Of a stretch of 64,000 nucleotides of DNA, positions 50,561 to 64,000 are shown piece after piece. The position numbers and the translations under genes were made by a program. The first letter of the stretch is position 1, and each line of letters begins with the position of its first letter. Where the stretch lies: contig NC_087437.1 in the NCBI RefSeq assembly GCF_036321535.1, positions 91,700,001 to 91,764,000 of the forward strand. Reading direction: 5' to 3'. The stretch comes from Camelus dromedarius (taxonomy: Eukaryota). The notes under the pieces are model-generated. The model was not told the DNA's origin, did no database searches, and saw only the letters and a program-made list of their open reading frames with translations.

Positions 50561-52449
50561 GGAAGAATTTGACTACGAGAATGTTTCTGATGTGGTCTTT
50601 TGCTTGTTACTTACACACTAACATACAGCTATAGTTGTAAAATGTGTGGGAAATAAGGAAGGAAAGAAAGAGAAGAAATGAGCATAGGAAGAAAGAAAAA
50701 AGCCTATTGTGAGATGATCTTACTTTCCCCTTGGAATAGACAAATGTAGATAAGACTGTCTTGAGACTATGACTACTACTGTACCATAACTTGATTCCAC
50801 TAGATTCTTGTCAAGGTTCCTGGAAGTTAAAACTGATTGAGCTGACAAACTCAATGGTGTTACAAACTCAGACTCACATGAGTCAGCTTAGTCAATATCA
50901 AGTTTTACTAATAATTTCAAGAAGACAAACAATGAAGAAGCAGAGGAGAAGCAGAGAGAATGTCTAGGGTAGTGAAGGCAACTCTCAAAGCCCCTTGTTC
51001 TTGCCCCAAACACACATCTCTAGACCAAAGTGACAGCAGGGAAGATTTAGATTATAAAAATCTCCATTTTGTACATCAAATAGTAACATAGTGTATGTGA
51101 CATTTTCCAGGGAATCGTATCTCATAAGTCAATATTCTAGGTTTATTTCCAATAACTAATGCTAAATTCGGACAAAAAGCATTACATATGAAAGGATCCT
51201 TTCTTGCATATATCATTAGTCTACTTTTCAGAAGTTCCAGTTATCATGTTTACAAGAAAATGAGATCAAATCTTCTCCTCATCTTCCTCCTGAAGCTCCA
51301 ATATTGACAGAGATAAATTGATCACAGTTCAGTTGCTTTATCTTCTTTTTTCCCACTGGGTATAGGGCATGATCCAAATAAGATCCATGTCCTTGGAGTA
51401 GAATGAGAAGAGCATCTCTTTTTCTGACATTCTGACAACGTTTCGTAGAAAAGTAGCATTCATGCGCTGTATGATATACTATGGTGTAGCATAGTAATTT
51501 AAATACTTTCAAACTTCAAAATCTAATAAATGATTGTTCTATTATCTTAGAATGATGCAAATGCATGCATTATCATTGGGCCATGTCAAACCTTATTAGT
51601 CTATTAATATAAGTATGTCAAAATTGACAGAAAGATAAGTCCTATCAATTATGCCTTTTTTTTGTGTGTCACCGCAAAACTAAGTCAAACAAGAATGCTT
51701 GTGTTCTCGGATGCTAGGAGAGCATTCATATTAATTCAAATACAATTTCAATCTTTAGGTGTTTATAAGAATCATATTTGAATAAATTTCATGATAAGAA
51801 TTTATATTTACATCTTCAGTGTGACACAGATAAGATTGTTTGATGCATGAAATAGCAATAATTCACAACTCATGTCCTAAAAATATTTCTAATACAAATA
51901 TGCAAATAACACAGAGGACATAATTTAAAAGATAACCCTGTGGAAAGTCATAATTTACTTGAACAAGATCAAATGAATCTTTTATAATCACATTAAATTC
52001 TCTGGAATAAATAAAAAGAACAAATAATTAATTCAGTACGAGAGCTTACATGGTGTTAGAAGTGAATGCAATAAATGAAAACACTCTATGAACTACAATC
52101 AAATAATAAGAATAATATTTAAAACTATAGTAGAATCAAACTCACCAATTTCTTTGTCAATTCTCTCAAAATTGGGTCCTGAACTAATAAATTTGAAGCT
52201 ACTTTATGAGCAGCCTATGTAATATTCATAAAACATATTATTAGAGAGTGTAGAAAAACAAACTTTAAATTTAGTAACATTTTTCTGAGTGCTACTTTAA
52301 GATTATAATAAAGGTAGCACGAAAATTCACGGATATAGAACAAAAGACTGGAAAACACTGATAAATCTGAATATAGACTTGTCTTTTAAAACTAGGCTAA
52401 GAAGGACCTAGTTGAAAGAAAGAATTAAAAATCCAGCAGTTTCTCTTTT

Positions 52450-53000
52450 AAATTCATCAACTTATACAGCATTTACTGAGCACCTATTATGGACCAGGCT
52501 CTAGTCTAGGTACTAGGGTATAGTGAGAAATGAGACAGAAATGTTTCCACTCTTTTTTTTTTCTTGTAAATTCTGTTAGGGGACCATGGAAAACTGGAAA
52601 AACAAAACAAAACAAAAACAACATAAACAAAGCAAAACCCAAACACTCTCAAAAAGAAAAAAGAAATCACTGAAAATGTTTATGCAGAGATGTCACAGAG
52701 AATGATGTAGTAGACATTAATTTTAGGACTATTTTGGAAAAAGAGAGGAGAAAGCCCTTCTGAGATGGTGACTTAAATTGAGATTTGAATGCCATGAAGC
52801 TGGCAACATAAGACATTCTAACCAGAGGGAATACAATCACCCTGAGGGAAGAACACGTTTAACATGTTCAAGGTGCTGAAATAAAGCTAGTGTAGTAGGA
52901 AGGAGCAAGGAAGGCAACCTTAAAGGGAGAAGAGATGAGCCCAGAAAAGTCAGCATGGTCTTCATAACATGGAAAGAGATTACTATTTAATTATATTCTT
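52450..53000 (-). mobile_element. L2a-type 3' region
   Basis: 'catttactgagcacctattatggaccaggctctagtctaggtactagg', 'ccttctgagatggtgacttaaattgagatttgaatg'. Confidence 0.8.
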
Positions 53001-53310
53001 CAAGTGCAGGAATCAAATGTTTAGAGAGGAAGTGACAGATTTTTTTTTTAATAAAATTAACTTCAAAATTATTTTTCCTGAATTATTCCTCCTGTCTCAC
53101 TCTCCTTTCTCTTCTATGTATGTCTATATGATTACCTATCTTGCTTTATAGCTGTGATGTGTACTTTTTAGACTGGAAGGTTTAAATTGTTTTTATTTTT
53201 AAGATATGAATATACTATTTGCATATAGTGGGAAGCAAAAGATAAAACACAATTAAAATTACATTGAGTGCCTACAAGCCATGATCAGGAAATACATTTT
53301 CTAAAGTAAT

Positions 53311-53960
53311 TATATTATATCTATTTTCTATTACTGTGTAACAAATTACCACATATTCAGCAGCTTAAGACTTCACATTTTTTATCATTTATTTTGGAAG
53401 GTCAGAAGTGGGTCAGAGTTGATCTGGGTTTGCTACTCAAGGTTACAGAAGGCTCTGAAGAATTGTTGGTTGGGCTGTGTTTTCACCTAGTCCTGACTGG
53501 GGAAGGATACCCTTTCAGGCTCCGTCAGAGTGTTGGCAGAATTCATTTCCTTATCATTGTATGACTGAGTACACTTTTCTTTCTGGATTTTAGATGGAGG
53601 GCATTTTTGGCTCCTTGAGGACACATACACAGCCCTTTTCTGTATGACCTTCTCACCATATAGCAGCTTACTTCTTCAGAAATGGAAAGAATCCCTTGAT
53701 TCTCTCTTCTAAGATAGAGTCTTATATAACAATCATGCTAGAAACATCCCATCACAATTGTCTTATAATGTAACCTAATTGAGGGAGTAATGACTCATTT
53801 GCCTCTGCCATGAACATAGCTTAATCAAAGGAGTGACATCCATTACTGTCATATATTATTGATTAGAAGCAAGTCACAGATCCCATCCATATTTAAGGAT
53901 TATATAGGGTATAATACAAGGGTGCAATCATGGGACCATCTTAGAAATCTGTGTAGCATA
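53311..53960 (-). mobile_element. MLT1E-type solo LTR
   Basis: 'ttttctattactgtgtaacaaattaccac...gttggcagaattcatttcctt...attagaagcaagtcacag...ccatcttagaaatctg', with repeated 'aatc...gagtgacatccc'-type blocks. Confidence 0.85.
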
Positions 53961-54099
53961 CTTGTTTGATACTCTCAACGTTTATATGTAATAGGCTCTA
54001 ATATTTTTAAGGTACTGAGGATTCAAAATCAGTATTGCTACTCTGTTATATAAACTATAGTACATAGCATGTTATAGGTTATCTAAAGAAAAATGTTTT

Positions 54100-54870
54100 T
54101 TATTAGTTACTGAGAGAAATATGTTAATACCAACTCTGGATTTACCTATTTATTCCTTTTTAATTTTGTTAAATTTTAATTTATATATTTTGAAATTATA
54201 TTAGGTACCTACAAATTTAGAATTATTTCATCATCTCATTGAATTGATGTCACTCCTCTCTGGTAACATTTCTTGCCTTAAGACCTAATTTGTCTGATAT
54301 TGAGGAACCCACACAAACATCTTAGGATTAGTATATTCATGTTGTATGTTCCTCCATATTTTTAAATTTAATCCTTTTGTGTCTTTATATTGGAAGTGTT
54401 TCAGATAAAAACAACACAAAGCTGCTGCATTGTTATTTTATCACAGTTGATAGTCTTTGCTTTCAATTGGAGTGTTTAGTCTATTTACATTTAATATGAT
54501 TTCTGATGTAGATTGACTTAAAACTATCATGTTTCTATCTTCTGTCATCTATTATTTATTCTTTAATTCTCTTTTATTCTATTATTTTGGCATAATTAGG
54601 CATTTCTAATTCTCCCATTATTTTAAATTACATTTTGAATTTTATATTCTTGTGTGGTTCCTAAATGGTCACACCACATACTGAATATTCATTTTGACTT
54701 ATTACAGTCAATCTTCAATTAGTAGTTAAATTACTTCCCCAAAGTGTAAGAACTTTCAAACAGTTTTAAAAACCAATTCTGTTTCATCCCAATCATGAGT
54801 TTGGTTCTTCTTTGACAATTATTTGACTTATACATTACTTATACATCTCACAAGCTATTTTTATTATATT
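54100..54870 (-). mobile_element. Old L1 ORF2 N-terminus/inter-ORF fragment
   Basis: 'tatattttgaaattatattaggtacctacaaatttagaatt', 'ttcaattggagtgtttagtctatttacatttaat'. Confidence 0.7.
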
Positions 54871-54879
54871 TAATTCTTT

Positions 54880-56955
54880 ACTTTTTAAATTAAATTAGAG
54901 TCAGTTATAATGTCAGTTTCTGGTGTAAAGCACAATGTCGCAGTCATGCATATACACATATATACACATTTTCACTGAAGGTTATTATAAGATATTGAAT
55001 GTAGTTCCCTGTGCCATACATAGGAAAATTTTTTAAATGATTTATATATAGAGAGTCAAACATTTGCAAATCTCAGATTCCCAAATTTATCCCTTCCCAC
55101 CCCCTTTCCCCCCGTAACCATAAGATTGTTTACTATGTCTGAGAATCTTTTTCTGTTTCGTAAATGAGTTCATTAGTTTTCTCTTTTTCATTTATTTTAG
55201 ATTCCACATATGAGTGATATCATATGGTACTTTTCTTTCTCTTTCTGACCTACTTCACTTAGAACGATGATCTCCAGGTCCATTTAATTTGTAGCAAATG
55301 GCATTCTTTTTTTATGGCTGAGTAGTATTCCATTATATAAACATCACAACTTCTTTATCCAGTTGTCTGTCGATGGACATTTATGTTGTTGCCATGTTTT
55401 GGCTATTATAAATAGTGCTGCTATGAACATTAAGGTGCATATGTCTGTTTGAATTAGAGTTCCCTCCAGATATATGCCCAGAAGTGGGATTGCTGGGTCA
55501 TAGGGTAAGTCTATTTTTAGTTTTTTAATGAATTTCCATACTGATTTCTATACTGATTTCCATAATGGCTGCATCAAACTGCATTCCCACCAACAGTGTA
55601 GGAGGGTTCCCTTTTCTCCACAGCCTCTCCAGCATTTATCATTCATGGACTTCTGAATGATGGCCATTCTGACTGGGGTGAGGTGATACCTCATTATAGT
55701 TTTGATTTGCATTTCTCTGATAATTAGTGATGTTTAACATTTTTTCATGTGCCTATAAGCCATTTGTGTGTCTTCATTGGAGAATTGCTTGTTTAGATTT
55801 TCTGCCTATTTTTGGATTGTGTTGTTTGTTTATTTGTTATTGAGTTGTATGAGCTGTTTATATATACTGAAATTTAAGCCCTTGTCAGTTGTATCATTTG
55901 CAAATATTTTCTCCCATTCTGTAGGTTTTTGTCTTGTTTTGCTCATGGTTTCCTTTGCTGTGCAAAAGCTTATAGATTTAATTAGGTCCCATTTGTTTAT
56001 TTTTGCTTTTATTTCTATTGCCTGGGTAGACTGCCCTGGGAGAACATTGCTAAAATTTATGTTAGAAAATGTTTTTCCTCTGTTTTCTTCTAGGAGGTTT
56101 ATACTGTCTTGTCTTATGTTTAAGTCTTTAAGCCATTTTGAGTTTATGTTTGTGTATGGTGTGAGGGAGTATTCTAACTTCATTGGTTTTCCTGTGACTA
56201 TCCAGTTTTCCCAACACCACTTGCTGAAGAAATTGTCTTTTCTTCATTGTATATTCTTGTCTCCTTTGTTGACGATTAATTTACCACAAGTCTGTGGGTT
56301 TATTTCTGGGCTCTCTATTCTGTTCCATTGAGCCATATATATGTTTTTGTGTAAGTACCATGCTGTTTTGATTACTGTAGCTCTGTAGTATTGTTTGAAG
56401 TCTGGGAGGGTTATTCCTCCAGCTTTGTTCTTTTTCTTCAGTTATTCCTTTGGCAATTCTGGGCCTTTTGTGATTCCATATAAATTTTAGGATTATTTGT
56501 TCTAGTTTTGTGACAAATGTGCTGGGTAAGTTGATAGAGATCACATTAAATCTGTAGATAGCTTTGGGTAGTATCACCATTTTAACAATATTAATTCTTC
56601 CAAGAACATGGGATATCTTCCTATTTCTTTAAATCATTTTTAATTTCCCTAATCAATGTTTTGTAATTCTTCATGTATAAGTCTTTCACCTCCTTGGTCA
56701 GATTTATTTTTAAATATTTTATTGTTTTGGATGCAATTTTAAAAGATTTTTTTTTACTTTCTTTTTCTGATATTTCATTGGTAATGTAAAGAAGTGCCAC
56801 AGATTTCTGTAATGTTAATCTTGTATCCTGCTACCTTGCTGAATTCTTTTATCAACTCTAATAGTTTTTGTGTAGAGCCTTTAGGGTTTTCTAGATACAA
56901 TATTGTCATCTGCATATAGGGACAATTTACCTCTTCTCTTCCAGTTTGGATCCCT
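54880..56955 (-). mobile_element. Young 5'-truncated lineage-specific L1 (~2.1 kb), same family as 19290-20285
   Basis: ORF track 55830-56183 (LTPYTNINSKWLKDLNIRQ...KINKWDLIK...EWEKIFAN) and 56281-56580 ([12 protein letters not shown]...[13 protein letters not shown]) are L1 ORF2p. Camelid-like 3'UTR. Confidence 0.95.
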
Positions 56956-56959
56956 ATTA

Positions 56960-59900
56960 ATAGTTATTTTTTCTTGTGTAATTGGCTTACCTTTTTTCTT
57001 GATAGTGTACTTTGGCACGCAAAATTTTAATTGTAATAAAGTTCAATTTAGCAATTTTTTTGTTACTTGTAATTTTTCCATATTTAAGAAACAACTGCCT
57101 ACTCCAAGGTCATGAAGGTTTACACCTATGTTCATTTTGAGTAATTTTATAGTTTTAGCTCTTAAATTTAGGTATTTGATCTATTTTGACTTAATTTTTT
57201 TTATGTGGTGTAAACTAGGGGTCTGTCTTCATTACTTGGCATGTGACATGTAGTTGTCACATTACCATTGCTGAAAATAATTTTCTTTCCCAGTTAAATA
57301 ATTTTGACACCTTACACAAAAAGCAATTGACTAGAGATTAGGTTATTTTGAAACTCTGAATTCTATTCCATTGATCAATATGTCTGTCTTTCTGCCAACC
57401 ACACGTTTGTGATTACTGTAACTTTGTAGTAAGTTTGGAAATTGTGAATTCTCCAACTCTCTTTTGTTTCAAGATCATTTTTGGCTTTTTGGAGTCCTTT
57501 ATACGTTTGTGAAAAACAGGCATCTGGGATTTTGATAGGAATTAAATATACTAGGTATATCAGTTTGAGAATATTGCCATCCTCACAACATTAAGTTTTC
57601 CAATTCAAGAACATAGGGTATCTTTTCATTTTTAGGTCATCTTTAATTTCTTTCAACATTGTATTACGATTTTCAATGTGCAAGCCATGCATTCCCTTGG
57701 TTATTTTTGTTCCCAAGTATTGTATTTTCTGATGTTATTATAAGTGGAATTAATATCTCAATTTCATTTTGAATCACACATTGTTTCTGTATAGAAATAA
57801 AAATGATTTTCTGTACATTCTTCTTGAATTCATTTGTTGACTCATTCAACATTTATTGAACTCATTTGTTATCTAAAAAAATATTTTGGGGATTCATTCC
57901 TGTATATATGATTTTTTTCAACAGTGACCAGAGATACTTTTCCTTCTTCCTTTCTTTTCTTGTTTTCTTGCTCTCATTAGAAATTCTAGTATGATGAAAA
58001 ATAGAAGTTACAAGAGTGGTATTCTTGTCCTGTTCCTGATTTAAGGGGGACATTTTTCAGTCTTGCATCATTGAGTATAATGTTAACTGTGAGTTTATTA
58101 TAGATGTCCTTTATTGGGTTAAGCAATTTCTCTTCTACTCCAAGAGTGATTTTATTATGACAAGATTTTGGATTGGGTCAAAAGCTTTTTCTTCTATGGA
58201 GATTATCATATGTTTTTTTCCCCCATTCTATTATGATGGTACATTATATTTACTGAGCTTTGTGTGTAAACTAACCTGCATTCCTGGGATAAATGTCACT
58301 TGGTCATAATGTATAATCTTTTAAATGGGCTAGTGATTTAGTTTTCTAATATATACTTAAGATTTTTGTATCAATATTCATAAAAGCTTTGGTCTGTATT
58401 TGTTTTCTTGTGGTATCTTTATCAGACTTTTGCTTCAGGATAATACTGGAATCACAGAGAATGGCTAGAAAGTGTTTCTTTTGTATTTTTTGAAAAAGTT
58501 TTAGAAGATTCAGATGGGTATTATTAATTCTTCTTTAAGTGCTTAGTACAATTCATCAGTGAAGCCATCTTGGCCTGGATTTTTCTTTGTTGGAAGATTT
58601 TGATTATCAAATTTTTACAGGTCTCTTCAGATTTTCTATTTCTTCTTGGATCAGTTTTGGCAGTTGCTATGTTTAAGAATTTTTTCATTTCACCTAGATT
58701 ATCCAGTTTGTGGCACACAATTTCACATGATAATCTCTTAGAATCCTTTGTATTTCTGCAGCATGGCTGCTTTCTCTCTTAATTTTAGAAATTGAGTTTT
58801 TTTTTTTCATTTTTTAATCAGGCAAGTAAAGTTTTGTCAGTTTTGTTCATGTTTCCCCCCAAAACCCAACTCTTTGTTTTTTTTTTTCTATTCTATATTT
58901 CATTCATTTCCACAATAATCTTTATTATTTTCTTCTTTCTGATTGCTCTGTTTTTTTTTCTAGTTTCTTAAAATTTTAGATTATTGGTTTGAGATCTTTT
59001 TTCTTTTCAAATTCAACCTATATATTCCTTCGTATCTAATGTATAACTTATGTAGGCAGGACACAGTTGGATCAAGTTTTATTTTAATCCAGTCTGTCAA
59101 TCCCTGTCTTTTAAATGGAGATTTTATTCTAGTCACATGTAATTACTAATAAAGAAGGACTTACTTCTGACTTTTTATTTGTTTTCCAAATGTTGTATAT
59201 CATTTTGTTCTTCAATTCCTCTGTTACTTCCTTCTCTTGTGTTAGAAAATTTTTTTTTTACCATACCACTTTTTGTCATAACCATATGATAATTGCTTAT
59301 TTGCCTGTTTTTAAGAGTTTCTCTGTCCTTGGTTTCTGAGAGTTTGATAATATCTTGCTGTGGATTTCTGAGTTTAACCTACTTTGAATATGTTGAGTTT
59401 CTTTATGTGTAGGTTAATACTAGTCATCAAACTTGAAAAATTTTAGTTATTATTTCTTTAGATAATTCTATTACCTTCTCACCTTTTTATTCTTCTTACA
59501 CTCTGAAAATGTATATGTTTGTATGTTTAATTCATTTTCCTATCTGCTCTTCTACCTAAATAATCTCAGTTGACCTATGTTCATGGTTGCTAATTCTTTC
59601 TTCTGATGCTCAAGTCTGCTTTGGAACTCTTCTGGTAAAATATTCATTTTAGTTCTTGTATTTTTAAACTAAATTTTCTATTTGGATTTATTTAATTATT
59701 TCTATATCTTTATTGATAATTTATATTTGGTGAGACGGTTTTCATGGTTTCTTTTAGTTATTTGAATATTATTTCCTCCAGTTCTTTGAACATATTTACA
59801 TAGCTGATTTAAATCTTTTTTTAGTATACCTAGCCTCTTGACTGCCTCAAGGATAGTTACTATAAATTGCATTTCCCCTTTGTGTAGGGTATACATCCTT

Positions 59901-60330
59901 ATTTTCTTGTATACCTCACAATTTTTTGTTGAAATTTGGACATTTTAAATAATATAATGCATCAACTGTGGAAAAGAAGAGTCTCTCTTCTCTCAGGGTT
60001 TGTTTTTTCTGCTGGCTGTTAAAATCATTATATTTCTTTGGTGAATTATTAAAACTAGTTTTATAAAGTTTTTATTTTTTGTCCTTTGGCCATTGAAGTC
60101 TCTGCTACCTTAGCTTACTGGTCAGCTAATGATTAGACAGAGATCTTTTATTTAAATAGCTGTAGCTAAAAAGTTCTCCTGGGTTTTGCCGAGGGGTCCT
60201 GTGTGTTTCATGCCCCCAACACTCATTCAGGCAATTTAAACATTATCTTATCCTTTACTCCTGTTTAACAGTTCCTGAGGGTCAACCAGAGGTGAGAGCT
60301 TAGAGTCTTCTCATGTCATTCCTGAGCCTT
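56960..60330 (-). mobile_element. Older L1 (L1MB/L1M3-like): ORF2, ORF1 and 5'UTR remnants; 3' end missing
   Basis: ORF track 58524-58718 (KLDNLGEMKKFL) is ORF2. Antisense RT DNA 'cttgtcctgttcctgatttaagggga'. 5'UTR-like 'gtcaaccagaggtgagagcttagagtcttctc'. Confidence 0.88.
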
Positions 60331-63134
60331 CCCTGCTTATTCTCTATTTACAAACTGGATCCAGAGAAATTCTAGGAGACAGTCCATAAAATGTATTTCA
60401 GCTGTTGCAAAGGAGGTTGCTTCTGACAAGTGGGTCTTCTCACTTTGAGCCCCACTGGCAAGGGCGTACTCTCTCTCCCTTTGTAGCATCTGCCATCAAC
60501 TTCCCTTTAATCTCCCATTATAAAAAATGTTTTCTGGAGAAATCCATAGAAAAAAATAAATGAAAGATCTTTTATAAATACCAACATAGTATTTATAGAA
60601 CAAACAAATAAGGGAAATGTAAAAGGTAGAGAATCTATACAAATAAAATGAGTTGTCAATTACAAGTCCTTAAAATATATATAACAGGTGAAACTATGTT
60701 AGCTTAAATTATTCCTAAAAATGAAAAAATATATATATTTTATGTTTAGAAAAAAATCTTGAGATATTTTGATATAAAAAATTAATTTTGAGGGAAGGTT
60801 TTAGAGATTCATTTTTTTTAGTATGACAATTTGAGCTTTTATGAATTGGTAAATGACAGGCCTCAAGAAGATAAACAAAAGACTAAGGTTTAAAAGAATA
60901 ACCATTGAGAAAGTCTCTGGTATATTAATACTCTGGAATAATTACAAAATCAGTCAGAATTATTATTTATCTTTATGTTATTTGTGGTGTTTTGTCCCTA
61001 TGTTACTCACAGAATTTTCATAAAAGTTTGTGACATACATACACACTCTAGCAGTGGTACTTGGGGAAATTAGTAAATAAAAAGGACTCAAAAAAGGGAA
61101 AACAAAGGCTAGAATCAGGCAACAATGAAAATTTGTCTAGTAATTGACTGACTGAAAAATGAGACGAATACATCTGCTTTAGGGAAAATTTAGGTGAACC
61201 CACTAACTTGGAAATTGGAGTCATTTTGTTTACATAATGAATAAATATTTCCTTATGAGGCTGGAGATTGAAAACTCACAGGCCGTGGCGTCACGAGTTT
61301 ACTTGGGCTTGCTATAGGCAAAGATTCTCAAAAAGATTAATCAGTATCACTTACGAGTTAAGATAAATTTTGTAGCAATGAATTGATGAAACCATGCATA
61401 ATGAATAAAACTCCATTGAACTGAATGTTATCAGACAATTGAAAATAAGTTTCTCAAACATTTATTGCATGGTGAGCTGAAGAAGTAAAATTGAGAGAAC
61501 GTTGGAAAGAGTATAAATTTAAGTATGCAAGAAAGTACAATTTTATGTAATACAGCAAATTTGTGGACTGCTGGGAAATTAGTTGCAATAATCAATATAC
61601 AAATAAAACAATAAACAAACAGATTATTCTTTGTAAGTGAACATATTGAATGTATTGTGAGTATTAGAGACATTCCTGCAAACAGTGACAGACATACCAC
61701 TTTATTTTTAAACTAAAATCAGTCATATTATGTATTGAACTTTCTAATTCAAGACCCACCTGTGATTCTTCTGTGAAAGAAAATATGTTAGGGTTAAGAA
61801 ATAACAATTTACCAATAAAAAATTGTGTTTCTGGAAAATATTTGAGGAAGAAAAGATCCTGCTAAGAAATGTAATAACCAATTTAAATAAAGTAAAGAAT
61901 TTAAGAGTTTAATCTATTAAATTTTCCCTGTATTTTTGTTATTTTTAAAGCATCTGAGCAAGGTTATTAGTTAAACACCTCACTGGGGGATATATTTGCA
62001 TTCTGAGAGACCAATCATCATTCATAAAATAATATTTTATCATGAGCAAGAATGACAGTTGTATACCAATCATTATTGTTGTTTGAAATGCTTGAATTTG
62101 GGGCCATTTGGAAAGGCATAGAAGATAATTACCAACGTTAGTATCTGTCCATCAAGAACTAACTTGACCATGATGACTTAGAAAGCAAATTATCAAGGAC
62201 CAGTCAGTGTTTTTCAGTCATTATTTTCTAAGTTAAGAGAGGACCTATAATCTTTGTAAATAAATACTGCATTACTCTGACTGTTATAATCAGTATTCCT
62301 GTCTATATTAAAACTTTTCAGGAGATTAAATTTGTCAGATACTTATTTTTATGAAATAAACAAAGGAAAGGTTATGTTGAGCTTATATTTATCTTAAGTT
62401 CAATGCAAATATTTTATAAGAAGTATCTATTTTGTTGGTTGCTTAGTAACCCTGCAGTATGAAAAGCTAGGGAGTGTTTCCCTAATTTACTTTGTATATA
62501 ATATTTTGAGAATTTTAATAATCTATTGTTGTCTGTTAGGTACAATCTGCTGCATTCTGTTATTGCTGTGTGGCCTCTGAGCAGTACTTGGATTATATTT
62601 TCTTTAAATATCCCTGACTTGAGCATTACTGGCAACACATCTATTCAGATTGCTGTCTGTGGCTAGAGCTAAAGTATTTTATTGCTATTTCTCTATATGA
62701 AGAAAAACAAGGGCAAATATGCATTTTATATACTACTTTAGTTGCCAAGGATACTTATAATTTGTTTCCAAGGTAAAAAGTATTGAGCTTTTCTGATATA
62801 TGAAGTTACACAAAAATTAAAAACAATAAAATTCAACTATTTTTATTACCTATCTACTAATTTCCATATATACATTTGACTCAATGTGCATTTATACAAG
62901 TGTGTGTCTATTTATACACTGAATATGTACAAATTGTTACAGCTTTCTTTAAGGGAGTTAATAAATTTATCTATCCATTTATATAATGAAGAAAGCATAG
63001 AGAACAACATCTAATATAAAAATACAGTTCAAAAGCCCAAATTTCAAGGAACATAATTTTTTTCAAAAGACTAAATGAGCACAGCAAATATATAAAAAGA
63101 TGAGAAGTAAATAAAAATAAATATTAAGACAGAG

Positions 63135-63790
63135 GCTGAGTCAGTAAAGCCTAAGGAAATGCTACAGTAACATTCAATCTCAAAGTTCTGTGGCTTAACC
63201 TAGCAAAAATTAATTTCTCCACCACACTACATGTACAAAGCAGAGCAGGAATGTCACCAAAGTTGTGTTAGGTGATGCTCATACTATAGGCACGAAAATA
63301 ATAATGTTCTGATAACTTATTGTTTATATAAATATTCACCATATTACAGTTGTAATCTCAGCAATAATTCCATGCAAGGAAAAAATATATAACATGACTG
63401 ATAAAATAATCTTCATTCATGATGAATTCACCTTGTGTTATTCTGTTAGGATACTGTAATATATGCTGTAGTATTAAACAGTTTCAACGGCTCAGTGGCT
63501 AAACACAGTGAAACCTCCTCATTCATTTATTTCACCTGAGGGAGTGCTAGGGTCGTATTTATTATAGTCACTCAAGAACCCATATTGATGATAGCTTCAT
63601 CACAACCTATGTTTTCATGAATACCAAAGTACATAAAGAACAAAATAAAATTACGTATTGGTTCTTAAACCCTTAAATGACCATATTATCTGCTGTAAGT
63701 TATTTGGCTAAAATGAGTCACTTGGTCAGTGCTTAACAGGACTGACAAGAGAGAAAATGAAGAATTTTGGGGAATTCTGATGATTATCAC
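63135..63790 (-). mobile_element. Two old MaLR LTR fragments (MLT1J/K/L-like; ~63135-63260 and ~63433-63790)
   Basis: 'atgctacagtaac...ctgtggcttaac', 'atgctgtagtattaaac...ctcagtggctaaacacag...atagtcactcaagaaccca...ttggctaaaatgagtcacttgg'. Confidence 0.6.
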
Positions 63791-63814
63791 AAAGACTCAA
63801 GTAAACAACATAAC

Positions 63815-64000
63815 TGTTTTACCCATTACCCCTTCCAGTTTGGTGAGCACTGGTTTATTCTCTTTATCTGTAAGTCTATTTCTGTTTTGCTGTATTTTTT
63901 TCTTTGTTTTTTAGATTCCAGATGTAAGTGAAAATTTACAGTATTTGGATTTCTCTGTCTGACATTTCACTAAGCATAACACCTTCCAGGTTTATCCATG
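63815..64000 (-). mobile_element. L1 3' end fragment running off the window
   Basis: 'ttttagattccagatgtaagtgaaa...ttctctgtctgacatttcactaagcataacaccttccaggtttatccatg'. Confidence 0.85.

Noticed and set aside
55768..56331. Longest ORF (187 aa, hydrophobic, + strand)
   Set aside because: It is the antisense reading of L1 ORF2. The F/L/S-rich composition comes from T-rich antisense L1, not a membrane protein gene.
1..64000. tRNA/snRNA/rRNA genes, processed pseudogenes, NUMTs, CRISPR or operon-like systems
   Set aside because: None recognised. The sequence is mammalian repeat-rich non-coding DNA, though very short exons or decayed pseudogenes could be missed without alignment tools.

Overview
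AT-rich, CpG-poor eutherian non-coding DNA. I found no recognisable host protein-coding exon, structural RNA gene or CRISPR. The youngest L1 3' ends (19290-20285, 54880-56955) resemble cetartiodactyl, probably camelid, L1, and I saw no Alu, B1, Bov or PRE SINEs; this species call is from memory and tentative. About half the window is decayed transposon sequence: L1 of several ages (three with 5'UTR/ORF1/ORF2 remnants), L2, MIR, MaLR LTRs including a two-LTR element, an ERVL gag-pol-LTR16 relic interrupted by a MER31-like LTR, and hAT-Charlie fragments. Every ORF in the track that resembles a known protein is an L1 remnant. The most interesting signals are retrotransposition and rearrangement scars: a TSD-flanked ~860-bp L1 made only of 5'UTR plus 3' end with an apparent 5' transduction; a Charlie transposase fragment with 15-bp L1-type TSDs; a fold-back micro-inversion in an L1; a MaLR with mismatched LTRs; and a minus-strand bias of L1/LTR insertions, suggesting an intron of a + strand gene. 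I see no evidence for a new multi-gene system. Subfamily names and boundaries are by-eye estimates and need RepeatMasker/Dfam confirmation.
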